Source of the DNA: Octopus vulgaris
Lineage: Eukaryota
Reading direction: 5' to 3'
Length of the DNA: 64,000 nt
NCBI GenBank assembly: GCA_951406725.2
Contig: OX597817.1
Span: forward strand, 47,182,001 to 47,246,000
The notes beneath the pieces were generated by a model that saw only the letters and a program-made list of their open reading frames with translations, ran no database searches and was not told where the DNA came from. The translations under genes and the position numbers were made by a program. Within the stretch, counting starts at the first letter, position 1, and each line of letters starts with the position of its first letter. Below, piece after piece: positions 24,690 through 39,940 of the stretch.

Positions 24690-25033
24690 TAACAACAACA
24701 ACAATAATGATATTAATAATAACAATAATGATGATAATAATAATAATAACAAGAATGATAATAATAACAATAATAATAATAATAACAATGATAATAATGA
24801 TAATAATAATAATAATAATAACAACAATAACAATAATAATAACAACAACAATAATAACAATAACAATAACAACAATAATAATAATAATAACAATAATAAT
24901 AACAGTAACAACAACAACAATAATGATAATAATAATGATAATAATAATGATGATAATAATAATAATAACAATAATGATGATAATAATAATGATAATAATA
25001 ATAACAATAATAATGATAACAACAACAGCAACA
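24690..25033. repeat. (AAT/AAC/GAT)n microsatellite
   Basis: Direct reading. Confidence 0.95.
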
Positions 25034-25109
25034 AGATGAGGAGTCAGTAGAGCAACAGATTCAATGCATTACAGTACTAAGTTACATCCTGTGCATATTC
25101 TGTATTCAC

Positions 25110-25412
25110 ATCCCTGCAGAGTTAATGTTGGCTTTCATTCTTCTGGAACCAAACATTAATAAGAAACACTGCAGCAGCAACAACAACACCAGTAATGTTC
25201 TTGTTGTTATTGCAGAATTGCACTTACACACACACACACACGTGCGCATGCGGAGGGTGTTTTTACAGCCTCTGTTCATTGAAGAAAGTGCATGCTTGCT
25301 GCATGAGGTGTCCTTGTTGAAGGTGGAGACCGTTGTTAGATTGCCAAAGCACAGAGGGATGTCTTTGGATAAGCTTGCACTTGCTACGATCACAACAAAC
25401 AAGACTTTGATG
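25110..25412 (-). other. Candidate host exon, possibly encoding a signal-peptide-like N-terminus
   Basis: Polypyrimidine acceptor TTTTCTTCCCCCTGTTTTTGACCCCCAAAG; ATG at 25279 gives MNRGCKNTLRMRTCVCVCKCNSAITTRTLLVLLLLLQCFLLMFGSRR..; donor GAT|GTGAAT. Confidence 0.25.
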
Positions 25413-25897
25413 CTTTGGGGGTCAAAAACAGGGGGAAGAAAACATCTGAGTGTTTCACATTGCATGCATGTGTGTATGTGTGTGTGTGTGTGTGTGTGTG
25501 TATGAAAGAGAGAGAGAGAGAGAGAGGGAGAGAAATGGAGAGCATAACCATGTGACAATCCTTACCATGATCTCGCTCAGGTGAGTAGGAACTCAGATAA
25601 ACGTAACACAGTGGATCATCATCGTATTCGCCGTCACCAGAATCATCATCATCATCATCGTCCCAATCATCATCACCACCACCACTATCCTCATTGTAAT
25701 CATTGTTCTGTGCCAGTGTGCCATGGTGACATGGGTTGGATATTTGTGTTAGGACCATGGTATCAGTTTAATTATATAAAGACTCAGGGAAAAAGAACTC
25801 TGCTTAATTAACTACAGAAGAAATTAATGTTTACAAAAATAAATTACAATCACACATGCACACATATACAGAGAGAAAGAGAATATACACATTTTAC

Positions 25898-25943
<46 letters not shown>

Positions 25944-25988
25944 GCACACACATATATATTTGTATGTATATGTGTGTATATATATATA

Positions 25989-26022
<34 letters not shown>

Positions 26023-26060
26023 AATATATATATATACATATGTGTATGTATATATATACA

Positions 26061-26101
<41 letters not shown>

Positions 26102-26167
26102 TTGTATATGTATATATGCAGACAAATGTATCTATGTTAGTGTGTATATATATGTACATGTGTGTGC

Positions 26168-26215
<48 letters not shown>

Positions 26216-26707
26216 AGAGAGAGAGAGAGAGAGTAATAAAATTAGAGAGTGTGAAGAGTTTATAATACAGAAATAGAAACTGCAGGACAAAAAGGAAAAA
26301 TGCCAACATCTAGAGTGGAATTTGATAGATAAAGATCAAGAGAAGAAGAGAGAGAAGAGAGTGGAGGGAAGGAGCAAGAGGGGTAGGTAGGTCGGTGAGG
26401 AGAAAAAAGTGTATGGGGTGGGGATGGTGAAGAAAGTTATGTAACATATGAAGCTGGCAGACACAGGTGGAGAAATAAAACAAGAACTAAAGACAATTAT
26501 AGAAAATTTTAAACTGAAGCCAACATCATTGAAATATCTCTGTTAGCTTTGGTGTGTTTAATTTCAGGGTTTTCTTTCATGCGTTGGTCAGTTGAAACCA
26601 TACAGAGCCATATAAATGTACACTTCCACAAGTGTATACATACATAAACATCCAAAGATGCGAATGGAGAGGAAGAGCTAGAGACACATATGTACATGCT
26701 CACATAT

Positions 26708-27100
26708 CATCATCATCATCATCATCATCATCATCGTCTAACGTCCGTTCTCCATGCTAGCATGGGTTGGACGGTTCGACCGGGGATCTGGGAAGCCAGA
26801 AGGCTGCACCAGGCTCCAGTCTTATCTGGCAGTGTTTCTACAGCTGGATGCCCTTCCTAACGCCAACCACTCCGTGAGTGTAGTGGGTGCTTTTTATACG
26901 TGCCACCTGCACAGGTGCCAGGCGAGGCTGGCAACGGCCACGGTCGGATTGGTGCATTTTACGTGCCACCGGCACGGAAGCCAGTCGAGGCGGCACTGGC
27001 ACCAGCCACGATTCGGATAGTGCTTTTTACATGCCACCGGCACGGAAGCCAGTCGAGGCGACGCTGGCATCGTCCACGATTTGGATAGCGCTTTTTACGT
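26708..27100 (-). mobile_element. RTE 3' UTR / tail element (young, CpG-retaining)
   Basis: (CAT)n tail and shared terminus. Confidence 0.8.
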
Positions 27101-27873
27101 AATCCGAATCATGGATTCGTTATATATGTATGGATTCGTTATATATGTATATATATAGCTGTAGAAATCTACTGATGCGTGCAAGCGCATGTAGACACAG
27201 TCAGAGATAGAGAAATGTACAATTATGTGAACACATACCGGTGGAACAAAAATACAGATACATGCAGAGACGCAGTTACAGTAACATGCAACAAGGTTAC
27301 AATTTAAGCCCATCAGGTGAAAACCAAAATCCAGCATCTTAACTGGAAAATACTTTGACTATCTCTATGCCGCTGTTTAACCCCAGGTAAGCCCTTGATC
27401 AAGCAGACTTTTCATCAAAGGTATTCTAACTGAGACCTTCCCGTTTTTTTCTTTTTTTCCCGGCACAGATTATATCAGAAGACATTATACAAAATGTGCT
27501 TCATTGATCTTAAAGATGGAAGAGCCGACACATTAGAGTTTCCCACATTTTAACATTTAAACATTTCTGTTTGTTAGAAGTATATAAAATTATCAGCGTA
27601 TGCCAAGTGAAAAACATCATCGTCACCACCACCATCATAATCATCATCATCATTGTTGGAATTTGCTGCAGGAGAATTTCTACAGCTGGATGTCCTTCCT
27701 GTCCCCAACCCTCATTTGTTTTCAAAGCAAAGTAATATTTTCCCATAGCTAGACACACTTTTCATGGCTGACTGGAAATCAATAATATTACTTGTAAAAT
27801 GGTGACACTCAGTAATATCTATCACGTGATGCTTAGACAAAAGTACACATAAACACACACATATACATATACA

Positions 27874-29126
27874 CAGGGGTTGGGAAAAATAATGGAAACA
27901 CCTAGCATCATAGTATCATAATTTTGAAATATCTATAAAACTGTCAAAAGCTTGTTTATTTATTTTTTTTTTATTTATTATTAATGTAGCTTAATATGTT
28001 TGGCTAAAATTGCTGTTTTTTTCAGATATCATCAAAAAAGGCAATTAAAATTCTTTAAAATGACAAATCTATCAGACTTTCAAAGGTCAAATTGTTGGTA
28101 CTCGTATGGCAGGTGCTAGCATAATGAAAATAGCCGAAATGCTTGATGTATCAAGAAGTACTGTCAACCTTTGAGAAAGAGGGAAAAACCTCCTCATCAA
28201 AACAAAACTCTGGAAGAAAACTAAAACTTTCAGATAGGGACCGTCGGACTCTTATGCAAATTGTTAGAAAGGATCACAAAACTACAGCTCCCAAAATTAC
28301 TGCAGAGCTTAATGACCACTTTGAGAACCCAGTTTCCACAAAAGCTGTTCACCGGGAGCTGCACAAATCCGGATTTCTTGGGAGGGCTGCAATCAGAAAA
28401 CCACTACTTTCAAAAACGAATGTTGCAAAGGTTTAGAGTGGAGTAAAAACCTATGGAATTGGTCCCTAGAACAGTGAAAGAATGTTATTTTCTCGGACGA
28501 GTTATTCTTTACCTTATTTCCGACCATCAGCCAAGTATATGTGTGGAGACAGCCAAAAGAAGCAATTGACCCAAATTGCCTTGTTCCAACTGTTAAACAT
28601 GGAGGAGAATCTGTGATGATTTGGAGGGGTTCTAGCTTGGAAATCTGCCAGCCCAATGGTTTCCCTTCATGGCAGAATTAATAGTGAAGACTATTTAAGC
28701 ATTTTATTTGATCAAATTCATCCTATGGTTGTGGAACTGTTTCCGGAGGTAAATGCAATCTTTCATGATGATAATGCACCAAATCACACAGTTAAAGTTG
28801 TTACTGAATGGTGCAAGGAACATTCTAGTGAAGTTGAACATCTTATCTGGCCACCACAGTCCCAAGATCTCAATATTATTGAACATTTGTTGTGCATTTT
28901 AGAAAAACAAGTAAGGAGTCAATATCCTCTACCATCATCACTACAAGAACTGGAGACTGTTTTAGCCGAAATATGGAAAAAATTCCTTTGGAAACAATTC
29001 AAACATTGTACAAATCCAAAACTTGTAGAATTCAAGCTGAAATTACTGCCAAAGGCAGTCCTACACCATATTAGAATAAATTTGTTTGAAATTTTAAGGT
29101 GTCACCATTATTTTGTCCAACCCCTG
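27874..29126 (+). mobile_element. Full-length Tc1-superfamily transposon, DD36E type, decayed transposase 28060-29074
   Basis: ~30-bp TIRs CAGGGGTTGG(G/A)(A/C)AAAATAATGG..ACACCT; MTNLSDFQ..IVG.RMAG, SGRK.KLSDRDRR, VIFSDE, HDDNAPNH-(36 aa)-WPPQSQDLNIIE. Confidence 0.92.
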
Positions 29127-29400
29127 CATATAACAAAAGGGGGAATTGGAAAATTGTTTGGTGTTATTAATTCACCTTTACACATCTCTTTCATTAATAG
29201 GAATTACAAAGTTGTACATGTTGGAAAAACATGTCAGAGATTTCCTAATCTGCTCGCAAAACTTTCTTTGGCCCATGGTTATTAGTAGAAACATTTGTCC
29301 AGGGTACTGTACACCTTAGGCAAGTGTCTTCTACTATAGCCTCAATCTGACCACAGCCTAGTGAGTGGATTCAAAACATAGATACACACATATATATGTA

Positions 29401-30391
29401 TCATCATCATCATAATCATTGTTTAACATCTGCTTTCCATGCTAGCATGGATTGGATGATTTGAGTGGGGGCTGGCGAGCCAGAAGGCTCCACCAGTCTC
29501 TAATCTGATCTGGCAAAGTTTCTACAGCTGGATGCCCTTCCTTACGCCAACCACTCCAAGAGTGTAGTGGGTGCTTTTACGTGCCACCGGCACGAGGGCC
29601 AGTCAGGTGGTAAAGGCGGCGAGCTGGCAGAAATGTTAGCACGAGGGCGAAATGCTTAGTGGTATTTCGTCTGTGTTACATTGTGAGTTCAAATTCCGCT
29701 GAGGTCGACTTTGCCTTTCATCCTTTCGGGGTCGATAAATTAAGTACCAGTTACGCACTGGGGTCGATGTAATCGACTTAATACCTATGTCTGTCCTTGT
29801 TTGTCCCCTCTGTGTTTAGCCCTTGTGGGTAATAAAGAAATAGGTGGTAATGGCATCAGCCATGCTCAAATGGTGCGTTTTACATGCCACCTGCACAGGA
29901 GCCAGTCTGGTGCACTGGCAATGACCACATTCAAATGGTGCCTTTTTACATGCCACCAGCATGGGAGCCAGTCAGCAGCCCTGGCAACGATCATGGTCAA
30001 ATAATGTTTTTAATGTTCCACTGCCACAGGTGCTTATCAGGCAGTACTGCTATCGGCCATGACAGTGATTTCACTTGCCTCAACAGGTCTTTGCAAGCAT
30101 AGTTTATTGTCCAGTGATTGAAGGGTACTCTTAAATGGGTTGGTTATACAGCAGTGTCACAGGCCATGGTTATGGTCTCACTTGGCTTGCCGGGTCTTCT
30201 CAAGCACAGCATATGTCCAAAGGTCTCGGACACTTGTCATTGCCTCAGTGAGGCCCAATGTTCGAAGGTCGTACTTCACCACCTCATCCCAGGTGTTTCT
30301 GGGTCTACCTCTTCCGCAGGTTCCCCCAACTGATAGGGTGTGACATTTTCACACAGCTGTCCTCATCCATTCACAACACATGACCATACCA
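29401..30391 (-). mobile_element. 5'-truncated RTE LINE (ORF C-terminus + 3' UTR) with nested family B SINE (29614-29842, TSD AGGTGGTAA)
   Basis: WYGHVL*MDEDSCVK/CHTLSVGGTCGRGRPRNTWDEVVKYDLRTLGLTEAMT..LEKTRQAK* at 30391-30180, followed by UTR and (GAT)n. Confidence 0.88.
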
Positions 30392-31242
30392 TATTATATA
30401 TATATATATATATAATAATATATAATATAAAAATAATTTCATATATAATATATATACATATATATTATATATGTGTGTAGCGAGACAGGAGCTCACATGC
30501 AACGAGTATATATATATATATACATACACAAATGTATATACACATAATATATATACACATATATATACATGCATACATAGCATAGCATTCATAGTGTGTG
30601 TGTGTTTGTTTGTTTGTGTGTGCATGCATTTATATGTATGTTATTTGTATATGAAAACATTCAAAGCTTAATATGATAAAAGAGATAACAGGCTTAACAA
30701 CTTCGTTTCCAGCAAAGCTTCGACAGCAAAAGATGAAAAAAAAATATATATAAAAGACAAAAATTATTCAGAACTGAGATCTACGCTAAAAGAATAAAAA
30801 AAAAACAAAACACAAAAACAAAAAAACACAGAAACAAGACGTCAGAAAAGTTTATAAGAATCCTCCAATAACACAGAAACGTATCCAGACAAACACACAT
30901 GCTTGTACCAGCTCTCTCGCACACAAACACATGCGCAAAAAAAATTCAAATTTTAAATTTTACCATACGTACCTAAATATATGGTATTACATATCAAATG
31001 AAGCAGGGGGGGTGCACAATAAAATATTCACATAAACAGTATAACATTTTGCTTGCATAGGAAATGCAATTATCTGTCACGTTTGAATATTTAACTGGCA
31101 TTTGTGGATTTTTCCTTACATTTGAAATATTCAATTATGAAAATACCATTCGGTTTTATAATTTTGTGTTTGAATCTTTGATCCGAATATATATTTTTAT
31201 CATCATCCTTGTCTTTGTGATGAGTGTGTGTATGTATGTATG

Positions 31243-31286
<44 letters not shown>

Positions 31287-31334
31287 AAGACAAACACACT
31301 ATGAGTGCTGCATGCATGTATATATAAGTGTGTT

Positions 31335-31395
<61 letters not shown>

Positions 31396-31457
31396 ATATA
31401 ATATCATATAATTACATAAATATGAGCATTAGATCATCCTCATTATATATATAAATA

Positions 31458-31489
<32 letters not shown>

Positions 31490-31754
31490 CATATATATAA
31501 ATATATGTGTATAAATATGTAAATATACATATATATAAATAAAAAAATATATATATACATACATACATACGTATTATATACAAATACATACGAATATATT
31601 ATATAGTTGCATATATACAAACTATATATACATATAATATAAATATATTTATATATATATACACACATATATATATACACACATATATATATATATACAC
31701 ACACATACATATATACATACGTATTATATACAAATACATACAAATAATATAAAT

Positions 31755-31802
<48 letters not shown>

Positions 31803-32375
31803 GCTGCATATGCATTATATGTGGATGCATGTATATATACACACATACATTTATGTATAGGTGTGTGTGTGTGTAAATATATATATTTACACACACATAC
31901 TCAAATATATATAAGTGTGCATTGTGTATGTATGTGTTTGTGTGTGTGTGTGTGTGTGTGCGTGTGTATGTGTGTGTGCAGGTGCATGCAAGCATTTGAG
32001 TGGTTACTGAGAGGCAAAATCAGAAAATATCTGAATAAGTCGCAAAAATTTTCAAGTGAATTTCTTTTAAGAATCAACTTCCACAAAATTCTAAGGAATT
32101 TATTGAATTCACTTTATCCAGTGACAGTTTTTATTTTGAAAAATTTTTTTTCCCCTTGAGGGCAAATATTAATTTTTAACAGGATGTCAGAATAGCAGTT
32201 TTATGTGGAGGTGAAAATTTTTTATTACCTGAACAAATAAGAAGATATAGAAAAACAGACCAGTAACAAAAAAACATATTCTTACTCATATATATATAAG
32301 TAGCAAGCCTCATTGTATGTTTAAAAAGTGTGCCACCCTACCACATGGACCTGTAGTTTTGGGTTCAGTACCATA

Positions 32376-33260
<885 letters not shown>

Positions 33261-33418
33261 GTAACCTATTGTCACACTTTGGGGCAAGTGGACTCTACTA
33301 TAAGCTCAAACTGACTAATGCTCCTTTTATCTTTTACTTGTTTCAGTCATTAGACTGTGGCCATGCTGGAGCACTAACGTAAAGAATTCTTAGTTGAATG
33401 AATCGACCCCAGTGCCTT

Positions 33419-33600
33419 TATTTGTGATATATTCTAACTTCTCAAGGCAAATTCACTGCAATTACCACTGAGAAAAAAATTCTCTCTTATGGTAAAAGGT
33501 GTAAGGTGTCTTTACACCTTTAACCATAGGAGACGATTTTTTTTCTTCACATAAACTGCAGTGAATTTGCCTTGAGAAATTGAAATATGTCACAGACATA
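33419..33600. repeat. ~180-bp imperfect palindrome (foldback/MITE-like)
   Basis: TTCTCAAGGCAAATTCACTGCA...AAGGTGTAAG-GTGTC-TTTACACCTT...TGCAGTGAATTTGCCTTGAGAA. Confidence 0.75.
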
Positions 33601-33643
33601 TTTATTCTACATCACTGCTTGGCACTGATGCTGCTATATTAAT

Positions 33644-33692
<49 letters not shown>

Positions 33693-33908
33693 AAAGTGGG
33701 TGTTGAAGAATTCCTAGCTTTAAGGGTTTCGCAAAAGGCCCTGTTAGAGATTCAACTTTCTGAGTTCTTTTATAGGGTACAGAAAAATTGAAGGATCCCT
33801 GCAATAATTAAGTGAATCTGAGAGGGGAATATGTTGAATAAAATCATAATTAACTGATCCGCCTGTATTTTTTTTTACCCTAAGCCAGGAACTTTACAGC
33901 ACCCCCTC
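33693..33908. mobile_element. Mariner-type MITE in (TA)n
   Basis: Degenerate TIRs GTGGGTGTTGAAGAATTCCTAGCTTTAAGGGT / ACCCTAAGCCAGGAACTTTACAGCACCCCCTC. Confidence 0.55.
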
Positions 33909-33909
33909 A

Positions 33910-33953
<44 letters not shown>

Positions 33954-35621
33954 TATATATATACACATATATATTTACATATACACATAAATATACATAT
34001 ATATATATATACATACATATACATACATATACATATATATACATATACATACATATACATATACATACATATACATAATATATATACATATATATATACA
34101 CATATATATATATATATACATATATATACACACACACACATATATATACACACACACATATATACATATACATACACATATATATATACATACACATATA
34201 TATATATATATATACATACACACTCACACACACATATATATATATACATACATATATATATTTACAGTGGGGTGAATTGTACCTGATTGCTTTGACACTG
34301 CATGATATTTATACATGGGCCTCAGTATCACCATGCAAATATCTTTCACTTCCAATAAACAATACAACTGAAAGGTACTTGGCGGAGGAGGAGAAGAAGA
34401 AGAAGGAAGAGGAGGAGGAGATGATGATGATGATGATGGTTTGTGTGTGTTTAATGTCCACTTTTCAATTCTTGTGTGTCACACAGAATTGATATGTGTG
34501 TGTGTGTTTGTGTGTATACACAAACCAAAATTTTTATAATGAGATACCAGATTTTTTTACCTTCACCAAATTTACTCACAAAGCTTGCCCTGGGCCAAGG
34601 TGCCGCATAGTATGACTGAACCTAAAACCATGTGGTTGCCAATCAAGCTTCTTAACCACATAGCCATGATGCGGTAAAGGTGAAATGGTTAATCTGTCAG
34701 TAGGTAGAAGCAATTTGGGTCTGTCATTGCAATGTTGCCATGAATGATACATACATTCGGTTATCTCTGAGCTGACAAAGACAGATGAATAAACAGATAT
34801 ATTAACATAACAGCATAGAGAGAGGGGGGGAGGGAAGAGGGAAAAGAGAGGAAGGAGGGGAAGAGAAACAATGGAAATAGCACCACATGTCTCTAGTTGG
34901 TAAAGAGAAGATGACCAAGGCAGTAATAATAGAGACAATAATAAAACTATAAAAAAAAAATAATAATAATAAAATGAAAATGAAAAACAAGGCAACAGGA
35001 AGCAAGGAACATTCCAGAATTTCCTGCCAGATCATAGTGATTAACAAGAAATAATGACACACCAGGAAATTACAGAAAATAAAAGACTAAAATGTGAAGA
35101 AGAGGACGAAAAAAATTTATTTATCTATTTTATTTTATTTTATTATTTTTTTTTTTTAAATTCAAGTCACCAATTCAAAGATTCAATACTAAGTGGAAAG
35201 TTAACCTTGAATATATCATTAATTTATTTCTACCCTGATGCAGTATAAATAGGAATAGAGGTATGTATTATAGACTGACATACAGACAGAAACAGAGAGA
35301 GAGAGAGAGAGAGACTGTACAATTATTCTTCATGTTGTAGTTGACTTCCTGGCAAATCAGCCAATATCATTAGAGTGATGTGGTGTCTTATTTTGGTTGT
35401 CTGTCTGACTATTCTTTGGTGTCACCTGCCCTCACCTGGCTGAATATCAAGGATCTCCATTCAGGTAGACTAAGTTCCGTTATCTACTTGCGCACAATTA
35501 TGTGGTGCATTCCTAATCCATTCTGCAGAGGCTGGCCACAAGTCTGTATTCCTTCAAGAGACTGCCTTAGATGCTCCACACATCTTACTGCCATGCCTTC
35601 TGAGCTTTTTTTTTTTTTTTC

Positions 35622-35993
35622 TTTTTTACTTGTTTCAGTCATTTGACTGTGGCCATGCTGGAGCACTGCCTTTTAGTCGAGCAAATCGACCCCAGCACTT
35701 ATTCTTTGTAAGCCTAGTACTTATTCTATCAGTCTCTTTTGCCGAACCGCTAAGTAACAGGGACGTAAACATACCAGCATTGGTTGTCAAGCGATGTTGG
35801 GGGGACAAACACACATATATATACATATATATACGACAGGCTTCATTCAGTTTCCGTCTACCAAATCCACTCACAAGGCTTTGGTCAGCCAAGGCTATAG
35901 TAGAAGACACTTGCCCAAGGTGCCACGCAGTGGGACTGAACCCGGAACCGTGTGGTTGGTAAGCAGGCTACTTACTACACAGCCGCTCCTGCA
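35622..35993 (-). mobile_element. SINE family A
   Basis: Full head to tail. Confidence 0.85.
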
Positions 35994-36179
35994 CAGTTGA
36001 CAATATTCAGTTCTGCTTCATCCACAGTTTCAGTTTTTTCACGCTTAAGGGGTGGCGTCCCTTATACAGCAATCCTTCTGAGATTGCTGATATAGGCTCA
36101 ACATAGTTTTGCTCATTAACAAAGTAAGGTACAACAATGAGGCCACTGGTGTGCACTTGAAACTTTGGGAAGCCATATA

Positions 36180-36581
36180 CTCTTTACTCTTTTACTTGTT
36201 TCAGTCATTTGACTGCGGCCATGCCTTTAGTCGAGCAAATTGATCCTGGGGACTTATTCTTTGTAAGCCCAGTACTTATTCTATCGGTCTCTTTTGCAGA
36301 ACCGCTAAGTGACGGGGACGTAAACACACCAGCATCGGTTGTCAAGCAATGCTAGGGGGACAAACACAGACACACAAATATATACACACACATACATGTA
36401 TATACATATACATATATACGACAGGCTTCTTTCAGTTTCCGTCTACCAAAACCACTCACAAGGCATTGGTCGGCCCGGGGCTATAGCAGAAGACACTTGC
36501 CCAAGATGCCATGCAGTGGGACTGAACTGGAAACCATGTGGTTGGTAAGCAAGCTACTTACCACACAGTCACTCCTGTGCC
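36180..36581 (-). mobile_element. SINE family A
   Basis: Full head to tail. Confidence 0.85.
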
Positions 36582-37787
36582 ATATGATTCAGAAAGGAGG
36601 TTTTTTTTTATCTTAACCTATGTTGGAGCAGTTTTCTACAGCCATGTACCTTTCTTGTGGCCAAATTCCATCTGTTTAACTGAGATAATAATTTCCCAGT
36701 CTATCAAACAACGAAACAGTTCAGACATTTTTATGGAGAAACATGGGCAATCCTTATGTTTACAAAGAATGTGTAATAAGTGAGGACATGTCTAGAAGTT
36801 TCGATATGTTTTTTGTGGAGTACTGCAAGCAATATGACACGGTTAGTGAAACCATTGTTTACAGCCACCAAGGAAAAACACATGTGGAAGAGACAAATAC
36901 AAAATCATTCATACATGCACACACACAGACACACACACACACACAAACAAACAAACAAACGCCACTACCATCACCATTATCATGTAACACCCATTTTGCA
37001 CGCTGATGTAGGTTGGATGTTTGACAGGGGCTGGTGAGCCAGAGGACTGTGCCCAGCTCTAGTGTCTACTTTGGCTTGGTTACTACACCGGGATGCCTTT
37101 CCTATCATCATCATCATTCAACATCATTTAACTTCACCTTCCATGCTGAAATGGGTTGGAGGGTTTCAAAAGAACTGGCCAGACAGGAGCCTGCACCAGA
37201 CTTCTGTGTCTGTTTTGGTACCGTTTTACAGCTGGATGCCCTTCCTAACACCAACCATCTACCAAATCCACTCAGAGGGCTCTTGCCAGCTCAGAGATAA
37301 AATAGAAGGTATTTGCCCAAAGGACCACACTGGGAATGAACCAGAAACTATACAACTGTTAGATAAGCTTCTTAACCACATAGCCATGCTTAGGCCTACA
37401 AAGACAGAAAGCAACATTTTTAAGAATTTGAAAATTAATTATCATCCTGGACAGCAAAGGTATCGAAGGAAATGCTGCCACTTTGAATAAAGAATTCAAA
37501 ACACAAAGTGTGCAAGTCCATATGTTTTATCAAAAACAAGGAATCCAACAGAATATATTTTGTTTTGCCAAGAGGCATGTTGCATATGTGTGCACACTTC
37601 TTTGTGAGAATACATGTTTAATATTTATAATTAAATTGGTTGACGTTAACCTAAGACTAAACTGTTTTGTATTAGATAAAGGCAGCTTGTTTAACATTCG
37701 CCCACACTCATGCATTCCGGTCTTTACACAATTGCTCTACCAAAGGATGTATTATGTATCCATGAGATATGCACATGTATGTATAGA

Positions 37788-38030
37788 GAGAAAAAGACAC
37801 ATATATACATACGAGAAAAAGACATATACATATGAGAAAAAGACACATATATACATACAGGAAAAAGACACATATATACATACGAGAAAAAGACACATAT
37901 ATACATATGAGAAAAAGACATATATACTTATGGGAAAAAGACATATATATACATATGAGAAAAAGACACATATATATACATATGAGAAAAAGACACATAT
38001 ATATATACATACAAGAAAAAGACATATATA
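37788..38030. repeat. ~24-bp minisatellite GAGAAAAAGACACATATATACATA(C/T)
   Basis: About 10 copies, direct reading. Confidence 0.9.
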
Positions 38031-38180
38031 CACACGTACAAACAAATGCAAACACATACATATAAGCACACACATTCATACATACGAGTAAGCATTTACA
38101 CACATACAAGCACACACATATATACAAATGACCACACAGACATACAAATCAGCAGATACATTACATACGAGTGAGCATAC

Positions 38181-38582
38181 TCTTTTACTTGTTTCAGTTA
38201 TTTGACTGTGGCCATGCTGGAGCATCACCTGTAGTCGAGCAAATCGACCCCAGAACTTATTCTTTGTAAGCCTAGTACTTATTCTATCGGTCTCTTTTGC
38301 CGAACCGCTAAGTTACGGGGACATAAATGCACCAGCGTTGGTTGTCAAGCGATGTCGGGAGGGACAAACACAGACACACAAGCATATACACACACACATA
38401 CACATACATACATATATACAATGGGCTTCTTTCAGTTTCCGTCTACCAAATCCACTCACAAGGCTTTGGTCAGCCCAAGGCTATAGTAGAAGACACTTGC
38501 CAAGGGTGCCACGCAGTGGAACTGAACCCAGAACCATGTTATTGGCAAGCAAGCTACTTACCACACAGCCACTCCTATGCCC
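38181..38582 (-). mobile_element. SINE family A
   Basis: Full length; inverted partner at 38700-39097. Confidence 0.88.
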
Positions 38583-38699
38583 ATGAACATACATGCATAC
38601 AAGCACACACACACATACAATTGAACACACACCTACAAATGAACACACATATGAGTGAGCACACACATGCATACATACAAATGAACACTCACATACATA

Positions 38700-39097
38700 G
38701 GTGCAAGAGTGGCTGTGTGGTAAGTAGCTTGCTTACCAACCACATGGTTTCCAGTTCAGTCCCATTGCGTGGCACCTTGGGCAAGTGTTTTCTACTATAG
38801 CTTCAGGCCAACCAAAGCCTTGTGAGTGGATTTGGTAGACGGAAACTGAAAGAAGCCTGTCGTATATATGTATATGTGTGTGTGTGTGTGCATATGTTTG
38901 TGTGTCTGTGTTTGTCTCCCCAACATCGCTTGACAACCAATGCTGGTGTGTTTACGTCCCCGTAACTTAGCGGTTCGGCAAAAGAGTCTGATAGAATAAG
39001 TACTAGGCTTACAGAGAATAAGTCCTGGGGTCAATTTGCTTGACTAAAAGGCAGTGCTCCAGCATGGCCACAGTCAAATAACTGAAACAAGTAAAAG
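38700..39097 (+). mobile_element. SINE family A
   Basis: Full length. Confidence 0.88.
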
Positions 39098-39793
39098 GGT
39101 ATACAATCAACCACACATACATACGTACAAATGTGCACGCACACACTCACATGTAACATGTATGAATGTATGTATGTGTGCGCCCATGTATGAGAGAGAA
39201 TGTGAGTGAATGTATGAAAGAGAGGCCTAAGCAAATGTGACAGGCATCTTACAAGAAGCTAATGGCTCTAAATATCTCACAGTTTTACAGACAAATTACA
39301 ATGAGATCTGAGCCAATCCCATGACAAATGCTACTCTTCCGCATTTGTTGTTGCTTTTAATATTTTTGTTATTGTTGCAATAACGTTAATAAAATTTTTG
39401 TTGTTGCTGTTGTTGGTAGATTTGTTTGATTGCTTGTTGATATACGTATATATTTTTTATTTGCATGTGTGTGTTTATTCTGTTGCTTGGCTTTAAAGTA
39501 CAATAATCATATGATCTGTTGGATTGTTGAGTTCACTCTGGTGAACAGACAAAGTTATGAGGAACAACAAGGAATTACTACAAAAATATGAACAGCATTT
39601 TCTAGTCTTTCAATATTCCTGAGTCAGTCAAACATCACAATAACAACAGCAAGAATTAATCGAATAATCATAGACATAGGAGTGGCTGTGTGGTAAGTAG
39701 CTTGCTTACCAACCACATGGTTCCGGGTTCAGTCCCACTGTGTGGCACCTTGGACAAGTGTCTTCTACTATAATAGAATGGTGAATAGGCCTG

Positions 39794-39837
<44 letters not shown>

Positions 39838-39940
39838 AATAATGAGGGAGATAAATTAATATTGATTTTAATATCAATTTAAAACCAGTAGTCTAGCATA
39901 CAAAAAATCTGAGAAATCAGAGAAAATTCTAATATATGTG

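Noticed and set aside
28656-29285. Intact transposase gene
   Set aside because: Only one fragment of a frameshifted, stop-containing pseudogene.
35330-35605. Possible RTE ORF remnant on the - strand
   Set aside because: Motifs too weak to support.
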